The translations under genes were made by a program, and so were the position numbers. 64,000 nucleotides of DNA from Octopus vulgaris (Eukaryota): positions 85,684,001 through 85,748,000 of the forward strand of contig OX597820.1 in the NCBI GenBank assembly GCA_951406725.2, given 5' to 3'. The notes beneath the pieces were generated by a model. That model made no database searches and was not told the DNA's origin. It was given only the letters and a program-made list of their open reading frames with translations. Below are positions 16,791 through 29,399 of the stretch, piece by piece. The first letter of the stretch is position 1, and each line of letters opens with the position of its first letter.

Positions 16791-17065
16791 AACATCAGTT
16801 TTTACTATTGTTGCTGCTGATGTTTAGAAATGATTTTTTCGGGTGTTTCATTCGAGTTTCTAGAAAGAGAGAGGAGAGGAAATCACTCGTGAAAAATATT
16901 ATAATTGATGTATGAATATATGTATGTTGTATTTATGTATTTGTGAGAGTGTGGGTTTGATTATTTGTGTGGGGGTATGTTTATGTGTTTGTGTGAGCAT
17001 GCGTGCGTGTGTATATGTATGTGTGTGAGTGTGTGGTTGTGTGCAAGTATGAATGTGTGTATATA

Positions 17066-17081
17066 TCTATTATATCCGTTC

Positions 17082-17119
<38 letters not shown>

Positions 17120-17447
17120 TTCTAGGATCTCGGTTATTCTCCATCCGATTGCACTCAAATTTGATATGTAGATACAGACGGTATCAGGGCATGTATAAGT
17201 CTTGAAAAAATTACAAAAATCAATTCCAGGTGAGAATGCGATTCATAAAGCCGTTGGAACGTGCATTTATAAAATCGTTTTTCGTGTAATAGAAAAAAGT
17301 GTATCTTTATTTCTTCTTTTGCTGGTGTCTCAAAGTTAGGTTAAATCAGTGTTTCTGAAAGGGGAGGCATATGGGACGGTCATACAAGTACTTTTGAGAA
17401 TATTAGCTTTAAATGTTTGACAACTAAGCACCGTCCGTCGGACGGGG

Positions 17448-17450
<3 letters not shown>
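17066..17450 (+). mobile_element. Possible non-autonomous Helitron-like element
   Basis: 5' TCTAT, internal (TG)n, CCGATTGCACTCAAATTTG motif, 3' GC hairpin CCGTCCG-T-CGGACGG. Terminal CTRR not seen. Confidence 0.45.
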
Positions 17451-17477
<27 letters not shown>

Positions 17478-17486
<9 letters not shown>

Positions 17487-17683
17487 GAAGGAGTTCTACA
17501 GGACTAGTACTGTTTCATTCAAGAGAAATCTTCAGGAAGCTCTTCTGAAGATGCTTCCTGAAGATTTCTCTTGAATGAAACAGTACTAGTCCTGTAGAAG
17601 CTCCTTCTATATAATAAATTAATTTTACTCTGCTATGTATTGAGTACCTTACTTACTGTGGTTAACCCCGAATCAACCCGGGA

Positions 17684-17690
<7 letters not shown>
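17478..17690. mobile_element. Penelope-pLTR-like foldback element in (TA)n with a hammerhead-like core
   Basis: Inverted arms about 17478-17540 and 17553-17616 (one 1-nt indel). The right arm contains CTGAAGA...GAAAC-AGTACTA-GTC. Confidence 0.7.
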
Positions 17691-17718
<28 letters not shown>

Positions 17719-18412
17719 GTATGTATGTATGCATGTATGTATGTATCTATAGAAGTCGTCTGTAGTTCAAATTCGTTTTTCAACACATGACTGAGAAATG
17801 ACCATGAATTGACAACTTGTATTTAAAGGCACACACACGAGGAAACGCGCACGCATGCACACACAAACACAAACCTACACTCATACACACACGAGCACGC
17901 ATATATTGCCACATGTAAACTACATTATTTCAATGGGGTATCGAAAACGTTAGTGTTATTTCAATAAAAAATATATTCAAAAATGTAAATTTTGAATTTA
18001 GTTTCAATTATTAAATTAAATCTCTCAACAAGTAAAAACATTTTGTTTTTGGTTTTAGAGTTATTACATATAAGTTCAAATGCTTTTTCATTAAATTGAA
18101 GCTTTTCTTTCTTTCTATATTTGTCGTCATTTTGTACTATTCCAATTCGCCAAACACTTGAAATTATCATAAGGAGTGAGACGAAATCGATAACTGAAGC
18201 AAATTAATTAATTTGTCACTTCTCCCTAACTATTTTAAACCACTACATTGCAAGTATTACATCATTTGTACTGTTGCATCATCTTTGGGAGTAAATTGAG
18301 AGTAGGGTGACAGGTTCTTTTTTTCAAGAAAGTTTTCTTTATCTTTGATTCTATTGTAATTGTGGTTGCTAGTAAAGTATCTGGATGATTTTGGGTTTTT
18401 AACAATCAACAG

Positions 18413-18710
18413 TGGAGGCACATGGCCTAGTGGTTAGAGCAGCGGACTCGCAGTCGAGGGATCGTGGGTTCGAATCTCAGACCAGGCGATGTGTGTGTTT
18501 ATGAGCGAAACACCTAATCTCTACGCGGCTCCGGCAGAAGGTAATGGCGAAGCTTCTGCTGACTCTTTCGCCACAACTTTCTCTCACTCTTTCCTCCTGC
18601 ATCTTGCAGCTCACCTGCGACGGACCGGCGTCCCGTCCAGGTGGGGAACCTATACACCAAGAAACCGGTAAACCGGCCCTTATGAGACAGGCAAGACTTG
18701 GAAAGGAAAA
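18413..18710 (+). mobile_element. tRNA-derived SINE with V-domain-like segment
   Basis: A box TGGCCTAGTGG, B box GGTTCGAATC; internal CCTGCGACGGACCGGCGTCCCGTCCAGG resembles the V-SINE domain; A-rich tail. Confidence 0.8.
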
Positions 18711-19449
18711 AAAACAAAAAACTACAATCAACATTCTCTCCACTTTTTGATTCCAAGTGAATATTTTCCTACATTAATGTCTAATTTGACAAATTTTAAG
18801 TTTCAAAAGAAGTCTAGATTGGGACAAGATGAGCAATGACTAATTTCAAAAATATTTCCTCTGTATCTCCTTGTGGCGTAATGATATCAGAAAGAGAGCG
18901 ACTCTAGCAGATCGTGAAAAAGCTATACTCAACATTTGGTGGAATTCTGGTTTAAGCATTCCATATAACTACTCATAAATTGTTCTCCGATTTTTTGCTT
19001 AATAGTATGAAATTCTGTGTATAAACACAGGTAAACAATTTTTTCCTCAAAATTCTAAACGATATAAAAGTTTCAGCTGTTCACCCACTCAAGACCACCT
19101 GATACCTTCCTCGTTTGTTTTTCACTCTGACATATATTAATATTTTTCAATATTTTTCTCCCATAATCATATTTAATGGAATAGTGATGAATGCATAGTA
19201 CACTGTTATTTTGTATATATACTCTTATTTGGAAAAGAAAATTAACCAAACTCAAAATAAAATCCAATAAACCTATAAATCAATTTCAATATTTTTAATG
19301 AAGATTTTTTACTGTCAAACAGACAGCGATGTTTTCTCATGAAAATGACGGCATTGTATTTAATACTAGCTCTTCATGCATATACATCATTTGTTGCTTC
19401 TCTCTTTACAAGAGAGTGTGTGAAAGATAGATAGACAAGTAGTTTTTTT

Positions 19450-20096
19450 TTTCACTATAATAAGAAACTGTTATTATAGTGAAAATCTTTATTTAATGAC
19501 TGTGACGCGTTGTCTGCATCTTGTTTTGCAACGCGTGAAAAAAAGAAAGTTAAAACCCCGACAGAAACATAGAAATTCCAAATTATATGGGACAGCTTTT
19601 CTGGAAATCATTTCCAGTTTCCAGTAGGTTTGAGGGTTACGTTACTTTTGCTTACATCTCAAACTTTGTGTAAGTATTAAGCAAAACATTCGAACTTGTC
19701 CTACTCATTTTGCTCTATCTAAATTTGGCTTTAATATGCTCAAAGGGAACAGAGATAATTTTCTGAAATAGTATTCTGAATATGTTATGGTGTTTTTAAT
19801 GCATTTAGAGAAGGTCAATATGCTCAGCTGATACAGTATTGTGAGGTAATATATGCTTATTATTATTTATTTTCCTCAACGTCAAAATACAGTAGATATT
19901 TCTCATTGTGCCCCACCACCCTACTGGAAACTGGATAAGCGGATTTCTAGTATATCTGGCCATTGTAAGTTGGAATTTCCTCGTTTCTGTTGGGATTTTC
20001 ACTTTATTTTATCACACATAGCAAAGATGCAGACAAAGCAACACAGTCATTAAAAAGAAATTTCCACTATAATAACAGGTTGTTGTTATAGTGAAA
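19450..20096. mobile_element. MITE-like element with about 180-bp diverged TIRs
   Basis: 19450-19628 is the reverse complement of about 19920-20096 (TGACTGTG/CACAGTCA, TTGTCTGCATCTT/AAGATGCAGACAA, TCCAGTTTCCAGTAGG/CCTACTGGAAACTGGA). Confidence 0.8.
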
Positions 20097-20959
20097 CAAA
20101 TCGATACATAACGTTGTAGCAAAAATCAGTGCTGGTTAAAATTTCTATTGAATATCAGTAGAAATAACCTTGATAATACAATGTAAAAAGCACTGCTAAC
20201 TCACTAGAACTTAGTGTTGACTTATAAAAATATTTAGTATACTTTATAGTGTATTACGGTTGCATAACGAAATACCATGTACCTACAAATCATTGGCATT
20301 TACGCATCAGTTACAGAAATGCGTTTAATATGTAAACTGATATATTCAATAGCTTAACACTCTGTAAGCGGTGGATATACAAGCAACGTGTTCGGGGGTG
20401 AGAATTGTATGTATGGGTGCAGATGAAGGAGCAAACCTCACGAAACATGGCATTTACATCCGTTACCCAGTTTTTTATTCGATCTCATTGTTTGTTTACA
20501 TCTGATGTCTCGATACGAAACGCTGGAGCAAAACTCAGTGCTGGCTATAATGTGTATTGAATATCTGTAAAAATAAACTTAACTAAAAAAATACCTTTCT
20601 ATATATATTTCACACTCTCTCTCGGAAAGGAGAAATGATTTATATATTTGAAGATGTGGAATTAACTACAATTCCGTCAGTTTCTTAAGAAATCATTGCT
20701 CTCTCTTTGATAGTGAAAAGTCTTCATTAAAATTATTGGAATTAATTTATAGATTTATTGGATTTATTTTCAGTTTGTTTAAAAAGTTTTGAAATAGTAG
20801 TATACTTCCAAAATAACAGTCTCCAATACATTCACCAACATATTTATTACTTGAAAATTTTATTTATTAGTTATTAAAATTAAATGATAGCATCGCATTT
20901 CTGGGCAGGTGAACTTTGTCTCCTGGCAATCAATAGTTTCACCCAGCCTGCCTGTATGT

Positions 20960-21109
20960 GCTAGTATATATATATATATGTATGTATGTATGTATGAATG
21001 TATGCATGTATGTATGTATATATATATAGATATATACATATATATAAATATATATAGATATATGTATATATGTATGTGTATATGTATATATACGTACATA
21101 GATAGATAG

Positions 21110-21160
<51 letters not shown>

Positions 21161-21511
21161 CTAAATGATAATCACATACCATCTGAATCATTGGTTTATC
21201 TACTTCAACTTATTTTCTCGAGTTACGGTAAAATTTCTTTAAGTCTCTATCTCAGTTGATTAGTTATATATTATTGTCTTGACTTTAATGTTTTTTTCTT
21301 GATACATTCACATTGAAAATTCTTTCCCGAGTATTTCTGTAATACATATAGAAATATGCACAAATACACGCACACGTACACGTATACGCGCACCGACACA
21401 TAGACATTTTTATGCTTTTCCGATTGGATGTTTGTAATAATACACAAATTATTATGTGAGCGTATAATGAATTACATATGTATGTATATACATAGATACA
21501 TACATGTATAG

Positions 21512-21560
<49 letters not shown>

Positions 21561-21925
21561 TCCCTCCTCTCTTCCTCTCTCTCTCTCTCTTTCTCTATCT
21601 GTCTCACTCACACATACTTTGTTTTTCTAACACAATTACCATCATTTATCAATATCATATTTTCTATCATATCGCAATGAGACGGGAAACAAGTCATAAA
21701 AGATAAGAAACTAAACACACATATAGTCATAACACGCCTAGCAATCTACCGAGGTTGCTAAACTTATCGAAATACTATATCTTACATTTAGTAGTTTTAT
21801 ATCTTTCATTTACTGAGTTGTGTGTAAGCACATACATATATACATGCATATACACAGACGCTTCCATTCATGTATATATGTATATGTGTGTGCGCGTATG
21901 GAAAGAAATATATGTACACACATAA

Positions 21926-21976
<51 letters not shown>

Positions 21977-22075
21977 TGTTTATATATACATACATATATA
22001 CACATCAATACATATGAATATAAGTATGCACATAAATATGTTTATATATATGTATATATGGATATATAATATTAA

Positions 22076-22130
<55 letters not shown>

Positions 22131-22249
22131 CACTTACGTATGCATGTGTGTCTCTCTACATGATAGTGGATGTTCTGTTTGAACAGACAAAACACACACA
22201 CACACACATATGTACTCACATACGCTCATATACGTGTTTATATACATAC

Positions 22250-22284
<35 letters not shown>

Positions 22285-23310
22285 CAGAGAGAGAGAGACA
22301 GAGAGAGAGAGGGACAGAGAGAGAGAGAGAGAGACAGAGAGAGAGAGACAGAGAGAGAGACAGAGAGATAGATAGATGCCACACAGTGTCTGTGGATTTT
22401 TTGGCAATTATATATAAGTTTATCTGTGTTTTTATTGTACTTCGCTGTGTATTTATCCATAGTTTCTTGTCTGTTTGGCTTTTAGACATAGTTCCTAATT
22501 ACATGTCTGTATATGTAGTGAGTATGGGAGTGGCATATGTGCGTTCGAGTGTGTGCATGTATGTGTATGTATGTGTGTATCTCTATGTGTACCTAGCGGA
22601 TATCGTATTTCTTCGGTCGTCAACTATATTACTGAGAGTAACAGACATAATTACCTAGTGTGAAGAGATAGTAATTTTTTTTTTTATCTCATAGTCATAT
22701 TACGATATCCCCATTAATTTTCGGCGGTGGCGGGATATATTCTAATTGTGTGATATTTCCGTTATCAGTATTGTATTTCAGTAATGCTAACTTGTAATTT
22801 CCTTTTTTTTTTTAAATATGGCCGAACGCAACGACGATGATGATTCCTTGATGGTCGATTGTTATTTTTTTTTCTTGCAGCGTGTGTATATGTATTTATG
22901 ATGGTTTGTAATAGTATGCTGTCAGATACTTTGTTTCCTCGTTGCTATATATTGTATTTAATCGCTTTCTTGAGTTTATTTTCGTTTCTTTCCCTGTGTG
23001 TTTTTACTGTTTATTGTTTCAGGATGTTACAATTTCCTCAGTAAGATAAGAAATATGATGCTAAATTAGATTACATATAGCCGCGTGTTTAAAAAGTTTA
23101 CTTCACAACAGCCTCATAACGGGTTCGATCTCATCGTCTTGCAGCTAATGGAACTCTCTTTTATCTCAGAATCGTGCTGCATCATAATTACGCGCAATTT
23201 CGTAGGTGGAACCCGAAAAACTTTTACACATGAACAAACATACGCATATATTTATATATGTATATACATATATATATATATGTGTCTGTGTGTGTGTGAG
23301 TGTGTATATG

Positions 23311-23354
<44 letters not shown>

Positions 23355-23407
23355 GATTGATAGATAGATAGATAGATAGATAGAAAGATAGATAGAGAGA
23401 GAGAGAC

Positions 23408-23462
<55 letters not shown>

Positions 23463-23644
23463 TTTATTACGTCCCCGTAATATAGCAGTTTGGCAAAAGC
23501 TATCGATGGAATAAGTACTAGGCTTACAAAGAATAAGTCCTGGGTTGATTTGTTCGACTAAAGGCGGTGCTGAAACGAATAAAAGAATAAAAGAATGTAT
23601 GTGTGTATATATATATATGTATGTATATATATACATATATATAC

Positions 23645-23738
<94 letters not shown>

Positions 23739-23743
23739 ATATA

Positions 23744-23774
<31 letters not shown>

Positions 23775-23885
23775 TGGCCTGCTCGCTTAGCCAGCGGGGT
23801 GGCGTCATTCGAAGGCTAAAACAATGCGAACGCATTGTGACCAGCGACGTGTAACAACATCTGATGGTCTGGTCGGTCACGTGAT

Positions 23886-23933
<48 letters not shown>

Positions 23934-24000
23934 GTATATACAATATTAAAACTATATAATAATACATATACATATGCGCGTGCGCTGGCGTGTACATATG
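20960..24000. repeat. Zone of (TA)n, (TATG)n, (GA)n, (TG)n and (GATA)n microsatellites
   Basis: Directly visible; accounts for the YI/CV/ER low-complexity ORFs. Confidence 0.9.
23465..23595 (+). mobile_element. SINE family B 3' fragment
   Basis: GAATAAGTACTAGGCTTACAAAGAATAAGTCCTG...TTCGACTAAAGGCGGTGCT is the reverse complement of sequence at 62690-62760. Confidence 0.8.
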
Positions 24001-24227
24001 TGCATGTGTTCATGTGTGTATGCGTGTGTACTTTAATTATTTGCAATAATCATTTACAGAATTCAATAGAATCCTGAATAAAACTGTTTTGTTACATGAT
24101 GTAATTGATTTCTTCATAAATAAAAAAAAACACGTCTGAAACTGCTGTTGTGAACCGCAGCCCTTTTGTGTTATTTTACACATACATTCGTACATACGTA
24201 TAAATATGTATATCTATCTAAATATAT

Positions 24228-25184
24228 ATCATATAATTTCTAAAGCCAATACACTGATTTATCCACTTATAATCCGCTTGCTACAGGAGAATTGAAACTG
24301 AAAACGGGCAACTAACCTTTAGAAAATTTAAATTTCGTTATCTCTATATTGAATCAATTTCGGAATTAATCTTATAAAAGATATATTCTTTCTTCAGTAG
24401 AGCTTTCGATGGGATGTAAATAAAATACTCACGTATGATCATGGAAAAAGCACAATCTAAAAACATAACTACACTTGAGTACATCACATATCTAAAAATA
24501 AAAATTCTTTGGTCAGCCTCAGAAACAACGTCTTGACCTTTCGCCGCTACAAATTGTAATGGTTACCGGTCCTCTCGTAGCAAGCAGCGAGTTTACTACT
24601 AACAATATAGGATGGAGTCCCTTTCTCTACAGAAATGGAATCCATCAGGAAGCGTGGGCAGTATATTTAAAAAAACCGTTACGGTTGAAGTATAAACATC
24701 ATATAATTAAGGCTAAAGAGGGTTATTCTAAAGCCAATACACTGATTTATCCACTTATAATCCGCTTGCTACAGGAGAATTGAAATTGAAAACGGGCAAC
24801 TACCTTTAGAAAATTTAAATTTCGTTATCTCTATATTGAATCAATTGCGGAATTAATCTTATAAAAGATATATTCTTTCTTCAGTAGAGCTTTCGATGGG
24901 ATATAAATAAAATACTCACGTATGATCATGGAAAAAGTACACGCTAAAAACATAAATACACTTGAGTACATCACTTATATCTAAAAATAAAAATTCTTTG
25001 GTCAGCCTCAGAAACAACGTCTTGACCTTTCGCCGCTACAAATTGTAATGGTTACCGGTCCTCTCGTAGCAAGCAGTGAGTTTGTTTATACTTCAACCGT
25101 AACGGTTTTTTTAAATATACTGCGCACGCTTCCTGATGGATTCCTTTTCTGTAGAGAAAGGGACTCCATCCTATATTGTTAGTA
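24228..25184. repeat. Composite duplication A - inverted C - A - C
   Basis: About 360-bp direct repeats (24228-24594, 24698-25083) plus about 100-bp inverted pair (24597-24698 vs 25083-25184). Confidence 0.9.
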
Positions 25185-25186
25185 TC

Positions 25187-25235
<49 letters not shown>

Positions 25236-25288
25236 ATGTGTGTGTATGTATGTATGTATGTATGTATGTATGTATGTATGTATGTATG

Positions 25289-25326
<38 letters not shown>

Positions 25327-25329
<3 letters not shown>

Positions 25330-25430
25330 AGATGTTCTTGCATGGCAAGTAATTGATCTGAGATCGTGTGCTGAAACGAAAACAATTGCAGCCTGGAAGG
25401 TGTTTATAAGCCATTTAAGAAACACACAAA
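25327..25430. repeat. Interspersed repeat, reverse complement of the insert at about 13437-13540
   Basis: GGAGATGTTCTTGCATGGCAAGT..GATCTGAGATCGTGTGCTGAAACGAAAACAATTGCAGC; both ORF-track peptides read FLKWL.NTF.AAIVFVS.HDLRS. Confidence 0.85.
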
Positions 25431-25985
25431 TGCTAGACGCAATATAAAACTGAAAAGGAAAAATACAATTGTCATTTATAGTGAGCGAGAGTGCGGAATA
25501 GCATCTACACTACCAAAGACCGCTATTGACCATTTTGGTTTGATATTGCGTCGAGCCGCCTTCGTTATTTTATAACTTCCACATTACCATTTTGATGAAT
25601 CCGCCATTGATTCATGTTGTAAATACTATATACTGACATCGGCGACGGAGTAGTCGCTAATGATGAGTTAAACGAAACTACCTAGTTAGCATGGTAAGCT
25701 CGTTCACTGTGGGACGATTATTTCCCCTGTCAATCCATACAGCTGTAGTTTTAGTGGCTATAAATGTCTTTGGCTCTTATTTCTAGCAACGTAGTTGCTA
25801 CCCCGTACTGCACTCAGTTACTATTAGTGACAAGAGAAAAAAACTTTTTTGATTTTACATTGCATTTAGTAATTATTATATATATATATATATAAAATAA
25901 TTATTAAACGCAATGTAAAATCAAAAAAGAAAATTTTAATTGTCACTAATAGTGGCTGAGTGCAGTACGGGGTAGCAACTACCGA
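25431..25985. mobile_element. MITE-like element (25431-25878) plus a further terminal arm (25895-25985)
   Basis: 25791-25878 and 25895-25983 are inverted about a (TA)n core; 25431-25508 is an older copy of the same arm. Confidence 0.7.
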
Positions 25986-26027
25986 CCGGCATGGCATTTC
26001 AAAGCAGTTTGCTTAGTCATGCACACA

Positions 26028-26114
<87 letters not shown>

Positions 26115-26168
26115 AATATTAAATTTCTAAATATCTCATAGAGATATGTACGGTGTTGGGGCGATATA

Positions 26169-26443
26169 ATGGTTGTATTCTCTCAACTTAACGCGATAGT
26201 AGGGGATTACACTACCGCTGTTTAGACCTAGGAAGCATCGACGCTTCCTGTCGGCTTCGATAGACTTACTGTGTCCTTATATATTTACGAAGCTGTTGGG
26301 GATATTTGTCTCCCCTTCGTAAATATATAAGGACACAGTAAGTGTGTCGAAGACGACAGGAAGCGTCGATGCTTCCTAGGGCTAAACAGCGGTGAGGTAA
26401 TCTGTAATCCCCTACTGTCACGTTACGTTGACAGTATACAACC

Positions 26444-26445
<2 letters not shown>
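26169..26445. repeat. About 280-bp foldback (about 125-bp arms) in TA-rich context
   Basis: 26169-26292 is the reverse complement of 26315-26445 with few mismatches and one short insertion. Confidence 0.92.
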
Positions 26446-26475
<30 letters not shown>

Positions 26476-26480
<5 letters not shown>

Positions 26481-26528
26481 TATATAGAAGGAGCTTTACT
26501 GTGGTTAACCCCGAATCAACCCGGGACC

Positions 26529-26531
<3 letters not shown>
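26476..26531. mobile_element. Internally deleted copy of the 17478-17690 element
   Basis: TATTATATAGAAGGAGCT joined directly to TTACTGTGGTTAACCCCGAATCAACCCGGGAC, inside (TA)n. Confidence 0.85.
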
Positions 26532-26587
<56 letters not shown>

Positions 26588-27204
26588 GCATATATGCATA
26601 TATGTAATTATGAAGTTTGGAAACGAAGAGATCTAATGAATACAAATTAATTTATTATTTATTTAAAAATATGTGGATGCGAAATGAAGCAATTGTAGGT
26701 GAAGTTATTAATTAATTTATGTATCTATTTATATCCATTAGATCTCTCCGTTTTCAAACTTGATAATAATATTTGATATTTTATGATATTTTATATTTTA
26801 TATTTTATATGTTACATTCATTGAAGATGAAGATCTCTTCCAAATGCAATATATTTAACCAGTTATCTTGGATAAAACATATCCCTATAAGATATCTAGA
26901 TATCCTCATAGTGACTATATATATATATATATATATACAGGGAGAGAGAGAGAGAGAGAGGTGGGGTCTAGATATTGATATATGTACACATATATACATT
27001 TATGTAAGTCTGTATATATGTATATATGTATGTATGCCTGCATGTATGTATGTATAAGGTTCACTCTTAAGTTCATGCTATGCGCCAGCCATAAATGAGA
27101 TCATTACTCACTGTATGAGTTCCTTTTCGCTTGTTTTCAAAGATCTAGAATCCAACACCCACTCACTACACATTGTTGCCATTTAAGTAATATGCAGATT
27201 GAAT

Positions 27205-27400
27205 AATCCTTTCTACTCTAATCACAAGTCCTAGGGGGACAAGTTGATCACGTCGACCACAGTGTTTCACTGGTACTTAATTTATCGACACCGAAATGCT
27301 GAAAAGCTCAATGGACCTCGGCATTATTTGAACTCAGAACGTAGTGACAGGCCAAATACCTCTAAGTTTTTCGTCCAGTGTCCTAACGATTTTTCCAGTA
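27205..27400 (-). mobile_element. Degraded family A SINE
   Basis: ACTGGTACTTAATTTATCGA and TTTGAACTCAGAACGT on the plus strand are the SINE core in reverse. Confidence 0.75.
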
Positions 27401-27487
27401 CATGCATTGGTTATAACTCTGTTACAGAGCTAACTGCAGCAGACTTTAACATTTTCAGCTTTTTTTCTTCCCGTAATCTGTAGAGAT

Positions 27488-29183
27488 AATTTCGAAAATT
27501 TTACGAAAATTTTAATTTTCGTAAAATTTTCGAACAAATTTTTGGGGAAAATTTTCGAAAATTTTTGGGTGAAATTTTTGGTGAAAATTTTCGAAAAATT
27601 TATGGCGAAAATTTTCGAAAAATTTATGGCGAAAATTTTCGAAAAACTTTTGCGTAAAACTTTCTGTGAAAATTTTTGAAAAATTTTTGGTGAAATTTTT
27701 TTTTGAGTAGTGGTTTAAGGTATACTTGCAAAGAGAAAGTAGGAGAAATTATGGTAATAGCAGGAGTGAAGCAGTTGAAATTAGAGAGGCAAATCGTAAA
27801 ATATTTACTTTTCTCGAACTTTTGCCTAATTGTGGGTGAAATTGAAAAAAACTTTATATGCCATGACCCAATTTTTGGTGAAATTTATCGAAAAAATTTT
27901 GAGGAAAATTTTCTAAAAATTCTTGGGGGAAATTTTTGAAAAATTTTTTGGGAAAATTTTCGGTAAAAATTTTCAAAAAATTTATGGGCAAAATTTTCGC
28001 TGAAAATTTTCGAAAAATTTATAGGCAAAATTTTCGCTGAAAATTTTCGAAAAATTTATGGGGAAAATTTTTTAAAAATTTTTGGGTAAGATTTTCGGTG
28101 TAAATTTTCGAAAAATTTTTGAGTAAAACTTTCTGTGAAACTTTTCGAAAATTTTTTGGTGAAAATTATCGAAAAATTTTTGGGGAAAATTTTCTGTAAA
28201 AGATTTCGAAAACTTTTTGATCAAAATTTAGGGTGAAAATTTTCGAAAAACTTTTGATGAAAATTTAGGGTGAAAATTTTTGAGGAAAATTTTCGGTGAA
28301 AAATTTTTGGGTGAAATTTTCGAAAAACTTCTGGGGAAAATTTTCGAAAAATTTTTGGGGAAAATTTTGGTGAAAATTTTCGAAAAATTCTTGGGGAGAA
28401 TTTTCGAAAACTTTTTGGCTAAAATTCTCGAAATTTTTGGGGAAAATTTTCTGTGAAAATTTTCGAAATATTTATGGGGAAAATTTTCGGTGAAAAATTT
28501 CGAAAATTTATTTGGGAAAATTTTCGAAAAATTTTTGGGTAAAATTTTGGTGAATATTTACAAAAAAATATTTGGGTAAAACTTTCTGTGAAAATTTTCG
28601 AAAAATGATGAAAATTTTTGGGTAAAATTTTCGGTGAAAATTTTCGAAAAATTTTTGATGAAAATTTAGGTGAAAATTTTCGAAAAATATATGGGGAAAA
28701 TTTTTGGTGAAAACTTTCGAAAAATTTTTGATGAAAATTTTGGGTGAAAATTTTTGGTGAAAAAAATTTTTGATGAAAATTTTCGGTGAGAAATTTCGAA
28801 AATTTTTTGGGGAAAATTTTCGGTGAAAATTCTCGAAAAAGTTTAGGGAAAATTTTCGGTAAAAATTTCTGAAAAATTTTTTATGAACATTTTCGGTGAA
28901 AATTTTTTATGAACATTTTCGGTGAAAAATTTTGAAAATTCTTTGGGGAAAATTTTCGAAAAATTTTTGGGTAAAATTTTCTGAGAAAATTTTCGAAAAA
29001 TTTATGGGGAAAATTTTTGGTGAAAATTTTCGAAATATTTTTGATGAAAATTATCCGAAAAATTTTTGGAAAAAATTTTTGGGTAAAATTTTCGGTGAAA
29101 ATTTTCGAAAGATTTTTGGGTAAAATTTTCGGTGAAAATTTTCGAAACATTTTCGAAAAATTGTTGGTGAAAATTTTTGGGTA
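27488..29183. repeat. Degenerate satellite built on the palindromic GAAAATTTTC unit
   Basis: Continuous variants of GGTGAAAATTTTCGAAAAATTTTT(GGG); interrupted once at about 27696-27872. Confidence 0.95.
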
Positions 29184-29399
29184 ACACATGTATGTATGAA
29201 TGTATGTATGTATATATGTACATCTGTCCACTTCTTGCCATATTTTTATCCTTCACTTCCTACACACACACACAGACACACACACACGCTCACACTCACA
29301 CGCACACACACACACACACACACACGCACACACACATTAGCTTACAATTTTCTTTCAACAATTGACACTGTCATATATGTATATGTTTGCGTGTCTATG

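Noticed and set aside
18413-18487. tRNA-like sequence
   Set aside because: It has A and B boxes but no closing acceptor stem and continues into a SINE body.
20119-20582. About 60-bp diverged direct repeat (20119-20172 and 20527-20582)
   Set aside because: Only two degenerate copies with no LTR or TSD hallmarks; cannot be assigned.
27488-29256. CRISPR-like array or coding repeat (F/K/N/I-rich ORFs)
   Set aside because: There are no unique spacers between constant repeats, no cas genes and the context is eukaryotic; the ORFs are by-products of the satellite.
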